64,000 bases of DNA from NCBI GenBank assembly GCA_965199495.1, contig CBDASK010000003.1, positions 2,240,001-2,304,000 on the forward strand, written 5' to 3'. Numbering within the stretch: the first letter of the stretch is position 1; each line of letters begins with the position of its first letter. This DNA is from Abditibacterium sp. (GTDB taxonomy: Bacteria > Armatimonadota > Abditibacteriia > Abditibacteriales > Abditibacteriaceae). The notes beneath the pieces are model-generated. The model was not told the origin of the DNA. It worked only from the letters and a program-made list of their open reading frames with translations, and searched no databases. A program made the position numbers and the translations under genes. Positions 57,965 to 64,000 of the stretch are shown here, piece by piece.

Positions 57965-58927
57965 TTACCCGAAATCGTCGTATTCTTCGTCGGCGATCAG
58001 TTCCGCTTGCTCGGTCTCTTCGGGCGTCAGTTCAACCGGTGGCTCGACGGGTTCTGGCTCGACCAGTAGCGGCCCATATGAGCGGCCCTGCAAGAACTGT
58101 TGCACCACATCCACCTGCGATTTTTCGACTTCTTTGGTGGTGCCATCAGCGACGATTTTGCCAGCATGAACCATCATCACGCGGTCTGCGATGCGCCAGA
58201 TCGAGCCGACGTTGTGCGTCACTACGATATTGGTCGTGCCGTTTTGGTCGCGCACTTTCATGATCAAATCGTCAATGATGCTGGTCATCACCGGGTCGAG
58301 GCCGGAATCGGGTTCGTCATAATACACGATTTCGGGATCAGTCGCCAGCGCGCGCGCCATCGCCACGCGTTTTTTCATGCCGCCCGAAAGTTCATTGGGC
58401 CGTTTCCCCTCAATACCCGGAAGCCCAACTTCTGCCAACAAGCGCGCCACAGTTTGCCTGATTTCGCGGCTCGATGGCCGCTTAAAGCGTGGTCTCTGAC
58501 TTAACCCAAAACCGACGTTGTGGCCGACATCGAGCGAATCAAACAGCGCGGAATACTGAAACACGAAACCGGTGCGCCGTTGAATGTGACGCGCCTCGCG
58601 CTCTTTCATGCCGACGATGTTCTCGCCAAACACCAAAATTTCGCCGCTTTCGGGCTGAATCAAACCGGCCATTAAGCGCAGCAAGGTCGTCTTGCCCGAA
58701 CCCGACGTGCCCATGATGCAGTTAATCGTGCGCGGCGCAATCGAAAGCGAAACGTCGTCCAGAATGAAGCGGCGCGCGCGCGAACCGTCGGGCGCGGGAA
58801 TCGAGTAGGAGACGTTGCGCAATTCGATCATCGGCGCCGCGTTCTCGTCCGGCGGCGCGACTTCGCGCGCCGCCGGAATGGCGGCGGCGGCGGGCACGGA
58901 TTTTCGAGAGAGCGGAGAACGAAGCAC
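57965..58927 (-). CDS. mlaF: ABC ATPase MlaF/Mkl (start uncertain)
   Basis: GTSGSGKT, FQYSALFDSL, ELSGGMKKRVAMARA, YDEPDSGLDP, VTH. Confidence 0.9.
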   Translation of the reverse strand: MLRSPLSRKSVPAAAAIPAAREVAPPDENAAPMIELRNVSYSIPAPDGSRARRFILDDVSLSIAPRTINCIMGTSGSGKTTLLRLMAGLIQPESGEILVFGENIVGMKEREARHIQRRTGFVFQYSALFDSLDVGHNVGFGLSQRPRFKRPSSREIRQTVARLLAEVGLPGIEGKRPNELSGGMKKRVAMARALATDPEIVYYDEPDSGLDPVMTSIIDDLIMKVRDQNGTTNIVVTHNVGSIWRIADRVMMVHAGKIVADGTTKEVEKSQVDVVQQFLQGRSYGPLLVEPEPVEPPVELTPEETEQAELIADEEYDDFG

Positions 58928-58974
58928 AGGGAAAGGATAAAGGCGAGGGAATTTCAGCCTTTTCTTTAAACGCT

Positions 58975-59811
58975 TTATTTGAGAAAAGACCCGGCGTCTT
59001 GAATCATTAAAGAAATTAGAAGATCAACCACATAAACCGCGATTAATCCGAAGACGACCGCCGACGTGGTGGCCAGCCCGACGCCCTGCGCGCCGTTTTT
59101 GGTGGACAAACCCTGACGACAACCGATAAGCGCGATCAGCAGACCAAACGGAATGGATTTGCCCAAACCCTGCGCCATGTCGCTGACCAGAACGTAATCC
59201 TGAAACGAGCGCCAGAACAGCGTATTGGAAACGCCGCCCAGCCCCGAAGTGAGACTGGCGCCGTAAAGCCCGGCCAAATTGGCGATGGCCGTGATGCCGG
59301 GAATCATCAGCAACGTGCCCATCACGCGCGGCACCACCAAATAACGCACCGGCGAGGTGCCCATCGTGCGCAGCGCATCCACTTGTTCGGTCACGGTCAT
59401 CGAACCCAATTCGGCGGCCATCGCCGAACCCGAACGCGCGGCGACGACAATCGCCGTAATCACCGGCGCGATTTCGAGCGCCAACGACTTGCCGACGATG
59501 CCGCCCGTCAAACCGGCCTGACCATAAATCACCAACTGCGCCGCCAGATACAACGCAGCCACGGCGCCCGAAAACCCGACGGTGAGGCACGCCACAATCA
59601 GCGAGCCGACGCCGACTTCGCCCATCTGTTTCACGGTGCCGCGCACCGAAACTTCGCCCCGAAAGATGAACCAGAAGGTTTCGGCGCCCAGCGACGCGAT
59701 TTGGCCCCAGAACAGAAAAAAATCGGTGAGCGCGTCAACGAGCGGCTGATAAAAGGGCCGGTGCGGCTCGGCTTCGAGAGTGGCGGTGGAATTGGCAATT
59801 TGCGACGGCAC
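58975..59811 (-). CDS. mlaE: ABC permease MlaE
   Basis: EIAPVITA, RSGSAMAAELGSM...EQVDAL, YLVVPR, GVGLATT. Confidence 0.92.
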   Translation of the reverse strand: MPSQIANSTATLEAEPHRPFYQPLVDALTDFFLFWGQIASLGAETFWFIFRGEVSVRGTVKQMGEVGVGSLIVACLTVGFSGAVAALYLAAQLVIYGQAGLTGGIVGKSLALEIAPVITAIVVAARSGSAMAAELGSMTVTEQVDALRTMGTSPVRYLVVPRVMGTLLMIPGITAIANLAGLYGASLTSGLGGVSNTLFWRSFQDYVLVSDMAQGLGKSIPFGLLIALIGCRQGLSTKNGAQGVGLATTSAVVFGLIAVYVVDLLISLMIQDAGSFLK

Positions 59812-59931
59812 CCGTTATTTTTAACCGATTTTGGTTAAACGCGCTAAACCGGCGCTGTCAATTATCGTGTGACGGAAAATTCGGGCCGCGTCCTGCTGAT
59901 GGCTGATGCGAATGATATGCTTTGATTTATC

Positions 59932-61182
59932 GTGAAAAAATCTCTACTTTTGGGCGCGTTGTGCGCCTGCACTTTCGGTTTCATCTGCGCGCCAATTCAA
60001 GCGCAAAACGCGCCGATGTTTCCTGCGCGAAATATCGATAAAAACAGTGGTTACGGCTTGCTGATCGAAGCGCAAAAATTGCTCAAGTTGGATGGGCCAA
60101 ACGGCGAGCCAACGGCGGCGGAAAAGCTGGCGCCCGACGAAAATTTGCGGCGCCAACGCTTGGCCGTCGCGCGCAACGCTCCGGCGCTGGCCAAATTGCG
60201 CGAGGCGTTGAATGCGGGCATTGTCACGCCGCCCGACATTGTCAACGACGTTGCGGGCAATTTCGTGGTTTACGCTGCGGCGCGCGAAATGGCGCGCCAG
60301 CTTTATCAGGAAGCCGCCGTGCGCGCCGCCGACGGCGACGCAATGGGCGCGGCGCGATCGGATTTAACGGCGCTGCGGTTGGGCGCCCAAATCAGTCGTG
60401 GTTCGATGATTCAAGAGTTAGTCGGCGTGGCGATTAGCGCCATCGCGCGTAAATCTTTCGCGCAGCACGCGTCGCTTTTGAATGCCGCGCAAAGCCGCGA
60501 AGTCGCGGGGCAATGGCAACAAGTCCTCGATCAAATGCCGACGTATACCGAAGTTTTGCGCGACGAAGAAAAGAGCCAACTCGTTTTCATGCGCCAAAAT
60601 ATCACTGGACTCAGCGAGCCAAAGCAACGCGCGGAGGCGCAGGCCCAACTCGATAAAGGCGAACTCAGCGAAGACGATGCGAAGTTAATGCGACAGATGC
60701 TCGCGCTTTCGCCCGCAGAAATCGAAGCCGACTTTCACACCATTTTCGATAAAGCCGTCGAGCGCGCTGCCACGCCTTATTTCTCGGCCACCAAAGCCGA
60801 GCCGATAAAAGGCGCCAATTCCGTGACCGACATCACCGCCGGTCTGCTCAACAGCCCCGCGCTGCGCTTCTCCATCGAGCGCGACATCATCGCCAATCGC
60901 TTGCTCGTCGCCGCACTGAAACTGCACGCCACCAAACTCGAAAGCGGCCAATATCCCGAAACATTCGACGCGGGCGTTGACCCGTTTTCGCCCGATTTGG
61001 CGCCGCTCATTTATAAACGTGCGGGCGATTCTTACGTTTTGTATAGCGTCGGCCCGGACGGCAAAGACGAAAACGGCGCCGAAATTCAGACGGTTTTGAC
61101 CAACGACGCAACCGGCGCCAAAAGCGTGAGCGACCGTTTAACGCCCGGTTCGACCGGCGATATTGTCGCGCCTGTTTTATAA
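59932..61182 (+). CDS. Exported helical protein with GspG-like C-terminal motif (paralog 1)
   Basis: Signal peptide; G.YP...DPF...Y.LYSVGPDG.D tail. Confidence 0.75.
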   Translation: MKKSLLLGALCACTFGFICAPIQAQNAPMFPARNIDKNSGYGLLIEAQKLLKLDGPNGEPTAAEKLAPDENLRRQRLAVARNAPALAKLREALNAGIVTPPDIVNDVAGNFVVYAAAREMARQLYQEAAVRAADGDAMGAARSDLTALRLGAQISRGSMIQELVGVAISAIARKSFAQHASLLNAAQSREVAGQWQQVLDQMPTYTEVLRDEEKSQLVFMRQNITGLSEPKQRAEAQAQLDKGELSEDDAKLMRQMLALSPAEIEADFHTIFDKAVERAATPYFSATKAEPIKGANSVTDITAGLLNSPALRFSIERDIIANRLLVAALKLHATKLESGQYPETFDAGVDPFSPDLAPLIYKRAGDSYVLYSVGPDGKDENGAEIQTVLTNDATGAKSVSDRLTPGSTGDIVAPVL

Positions 61183-61196
61183 AATTTTCGGACTTC

Positions 61197-62444
61197 ATGA
61201 AAAATTCGATTCTCTTCTTCGCCGTGGCTGTAACAACGGCCACGGCTTTGCCTCGCGTGGTTCGCGCGCAAGAAACACCCGCCGTGCCGATAACAACGGA
61301 CGCCCAAAGCGGCTACACATTGTTTTTACAGGCGGGCCGATTGTTTCAACCCACGCCAAAAGATTTGAGCATCACAGGCGGACTCGCGCCCGCAGAAAAA
61401 CTGCGGCGCCAACGATTGGGACTCGCCCGCAACACTCCCGCGCTCGCCAAACTGCGCGAAGCATTGGCGGCAAATATCATGATTCCGCTTCCACAAAAGA
61501 ATGATGGAAAGCTCGTCTCCTACTCTCCCAGTTCTTCTGCGGCGAGCGAATTCGCCAATCAACTCGCGCAAGAAGCCGCCGTGCGCGCCGCCGATGGCGA
61601 CGTAATGGGCGCGGCGCAGTCGAGTTTGGATGCGATGCAACTGGGCGCGCAGGTCGGGCACGGGCTGATTATAAACGACTTATTTGAGTCTCAGATTGCG
61701 CCCGTTGGTCGCAAATCGCTGGAAAAAAACGCGTCCGCTCTTGATGCCGCACAAAGTCGCGTTGTCGCGGCGCGATTAGACGAAGTAAGCGCGCAAATGT
61801 CACAACTGCCCGAAATTCTAAACGCGGAAGAAGCGTATCGCATGGCTTCGTTACGTGATATTCAGGCCGAATTGAACGATCCGGCCAAACGCGCCCAGGC
61901 CGAAGCCGAAGCGGCCACAAGCAAAAAGACCGATAAAATTGTCAGTTTGAAGTTCGCCCTACTCGAATTTTCGTCGGCGCAAATCGAGGACGCCTTGCAC
62001 AAATCGTTCGGTGAAAACAGAGCGCGCGCCGCGTTGCCCTACGCCAAAGCTATGAGTATGGGGCCGGTTCGCAGCGATATTCCCTATGTTGGTTATACCA
62101 GCGCGTTGGTGTTTGCTTTTCCGCTTCGCTTCAATCAGGAGCGCGATGTCGTCGCCGACCGCTTGCTCGTCGCCGCGTTGCGCTTGCACGCGAGCAAACT
62201 CGAAAGCGGCGCTTACCCGCAAACTTTCGAGGCCGGAGTTGACCCATTTTCACCCGATTTGGCGCCGTTAATTTACAAACGCGCGGGCGATTCCTACATT
62301 TTATATAGCGTCGGGCCAGACGGCAAAGACGAGGATGGCGCCGAAATTCAAACGCTGACGACTGATTACAGAACCAAAATTAAAAGTGTGACTGACAATT
62401 TGACGCCATTTTCAACCGGCGATATTGTCGCGCCGGTTTTGTAA
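61197..62444 (+). CDS. Exported helical protein with GspG-like C-terminal motif (paralog 2)
   Basis: Tandem paralog of 59932-61182 with near-identical C-terminus. Confidence 0.75.
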   Translation: MKNSILFFAVAVTTATALPRVVRAQETPAVPITTDAQSGYTLFLQAGRLFQPTPKDLSITGGLAPAEKLRRQRLGLARNTPALAKLREALAANIMIPLPQKNDGKLVSYSPSSSAASEFANQLAQEAAVRAADGDVMGAAQSSLDAMQLGAQVGHGLIINDLFESQIAPVGRKSLEKNASALDAAQSRVVAARLDEVSAQMSQLPEILNAEEAYRMASLRDIQAELNDPAKRAQAEAEAATSKKTDKIVSLKFALLEFSSAQIEDALHKSFGENRARAALPYAKAMSMGPVRSDIPYVGYTSALVFAFPLRFNQERDVVADRLLVAALRLHASKLESGAYPQTFEAGVDPFSPDLAPLIYKRAGDSYILYSVGPDGKDEDGAEIQTLTTDYRTKIKSVTDNLTPFSTGDIVAPVL

Positions 62445-62500
62445 AGGTTCTCGCGTCCACATACAGCCACGCCGCCGATGTGCGCTTTAAACTGTTTGCG

Positions 62501-62992
62501 ATGAAATCATCGAATTGGGCCGAGCAATCCAAAAAATCCGTGCGCATCTTCTGGCCGCATATCGTGCTGGGCCTCATCGGTCTGGCGCTCTCGTTTTACG
62601 CGGTTCACGCGCATTTGCAAATCGAGGCCGGAAAAGCGACCGGTTGCTCCATCAGCGAAACGATTTCGTGCGATGACGTGATCGGTTCCAAATACGGAAA
62701 GTTCGCCGGAATTCCGCTCGGTTATTTCGGCGCGGTGTTTTGGATTATCGTAATTATCTCCGGCATTTCGAGCGCCGCGTCGAATTTACGCAGCGCGCGT
62801 TTGCAAGCCCTCGGCGTGGCTGCTGTCGGGCTGGTGACTTCGATTGGGTTGGCTTACATCGCCGAATTTGTGTTGCACAAAATCTGTCCGATTTGTAGCG
62901 GCACGCATTTGACTGCCCTCGTTAATTTTATTTATGCGGTTTGGGCTTGGGGTAAAATTCCCAAAACAAACCAAAAGACGGCGCCAATTTAA
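62501..62992 (+). CDS. Vitamin K epoxide reductase (VKOR) family protein
   Basis: C.....SC..V..S.Y, GIPL, C-terminal CPIC. Confidence 0.88.
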   Translation: MKSSNWAEQSKKSVRIFWPHIVLGLIGLALSFYAVHAHLQIEAGKATGCSISETISCDDVIGSKYGKFAGIPLGYFGAVFWIIVIISGISSAASNLRSARLQALGVAAVGLVTSIGLAYIAEFVLHKICPICSGTHLTALVNFIYAVWAWGKIPKTNQKTAPI

Positions 62993-63010
62993 AAGTTGGC
63001 GCCGTCTTTT
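62973..63010. terminator. Bidirectional terminator overlapping the VKOR stop
   Basis: AAAAGACGGCGCCAA...TTGGCGCCGTCTTTT. Confidence 0.8.
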
Positions 63011-63014
63011 GGTT

Positions 63015-64000
63015 TTAATTTTTTGGTGTAGGCAAAAGCAGCTTTTCTATCGCCGCGATAACTTCGGGCGAATTCGCGTCGGTCGAGGGCAAATTGTGCA
63101 GACTCCAGCGCACGGTGTGTGTCCATGACGTGCCGACATGAAAATCTTTGAGCGGCGCCAGAAATTCGAGTTCTTGATAATACATTTCGGGCTTGCCGTT
63201 GATGTAAGTTTCAAGCGGAAAACCGGCGCCGTCTTTTCCGTCGGGATATTCGCCATCGGGCCGCGCCGATTTTTGCAGCCACGCCACGCCATCGCTCACC
63301 GAAGCCAGAGCGGCAATGGGCGTATCGAAACCGATTTTTGGCGTGCTTCCATCGGCGTTTGGCTCGATTTTCATTAAACCGGGGCGCACCAATTCGGCAT
63401 TCGCTACGGTTTTCCCGTCCCAAATATAGGTTCCGTTGGAATAAGTCGAATCTGTGTTGACCGGCGCGAAAACGGCCTGGCCCGGCACGACTTGCGTGAT
63501 GTTCCAGAGGCCCGCCTTGACCGGCGCGCCGCTTTCTTTGCGCGCGGTTTGCTGAATGACGAATTCGCCGTTATCGTCGAAATACATCGTGCGCACAACG
63601 CGAATGCCGGTCGGCGAAAGTGGCGTCGTCAGTTGCAGTTTGCCGCCGGTCAAAACATCGGCTTTTTGCGGCGAGCCATCCAGAGCCACGTCGGGCGGCC
63701 AGTTATCGGCGCCGTGAAATTGTTTCCAACTGCTTTGCGGCGCAAGCCAAGTTTTGTCGCCACCATAATTCTTCCAACCGTTTTTCGCGATTTGCTCCGG
63801 CAGCGCGTTCCAGATCAGATTCGGCCCGCCGATTTTGCCAAAGCTCATAATGCGCCCGATTTCGGGGACAACAATCGCGTCAACCGCGCCGTTGGTCAAT
63901 TTATAAGCGGGACGATTACGATACGTTGTTTTGACGATGACCGCTTCGCATTCGCCGTTGACACATTGGAGCGCACCTTTGCCAAACGGCGAATCATCGT
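63015..64000 (-). CDS. DUF4380-like (galactose mutarotase fold) protein, 5' end beyond window
   Basis: VPEIGRIM, W.NYGGDKTWLAPQ, WPPD, ELE; frame is open from 63899 to the window end. Confidence 0.7.
   Translation of the reverse strand, partial: DDSPFGKGALQCVNGECEAVIVKTTYRNRPAYKLTNGAVDAIVVPEIGRIMSFGKIGGPNLIWNALPEQIAKNGWKNYGGDKTWLAPQSSWKQFHGADNWPPDVALDGSPQKADVLTGGKLQLTTPLSPTGIRVVRTMYFDDNGEFVIQQTARKESGAPVKAGLWNITQVVPGQAVFAPVNTDSTYSNGTYIWDGKTVANAELVRPGLMKIEPNADGSTPKIGFDTPIAALASVSDGVAWLQKSARPDGEYPDGKDGAGFPLETYINGKPEMYYQELEFLAPLKDFHVGTSWTHTVRWSLHNLPSTDANSPEVIAAIEKLLLPTPKN

Noticed and set aside
1..64000. CRISPR array, prophage or intact transposase
   Set aside because: No regularly spaced direct repeats, cas, phage or transposase genes recognised

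Overview
Gene-dense bacterial chromosomal window, GC-rich except for one AT-rich block. A DUF1559/H-X9-DG prepilin-like gene, MlaEFD with a long MlaD, and tilS-ftsH suggest a diderm Terrabacterium such as Abditibacteriota/Armatimonadota (inference only). Contents in order: corA (partial); nadA with a perfect Rex-type operator; a LacI-controlled beta-mannan locus (DUF1559 pilin-like protein, small lipoprotein, CBM35-GH26 mannanase, signal-peptide-bearing cellobiose 2-epimerase); LCP, Zn-dehydrogenase, EamA and HlyIII genes; rtcB behind an apparent uORF/terminator attenuator; two GT-C-like membrane proteins; an ~18 kb Wzx/Wzy polysaccharide cluster with a bacillosamine-type pathway and an AT-rich core; tilS-ftsH; macro-domain, TrmH and TPR genes; tRNA-Pro(CGG) immediately downstream of a free-standing HTH-LAGLIDADG gene; class III aminotransferase, SRPBCC, MFS, tyrS, metX; rplI; mlaEFD; a tandem pair of exported proteins with pseudopilin-like tails; VKOR; a partial DUF4380-like gene. 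Intergenic spaces carry several families of inverted-repeat elements, one triply nested. Best candidates for undescribed biology: (1) the attenuator-like leader of rtcB, (2) the pilin-like-protein-centred mannan locus, (3) the tRNA-linked LAGLIDADG gene. All family assignments come from motif recognition by eye, not database searches.
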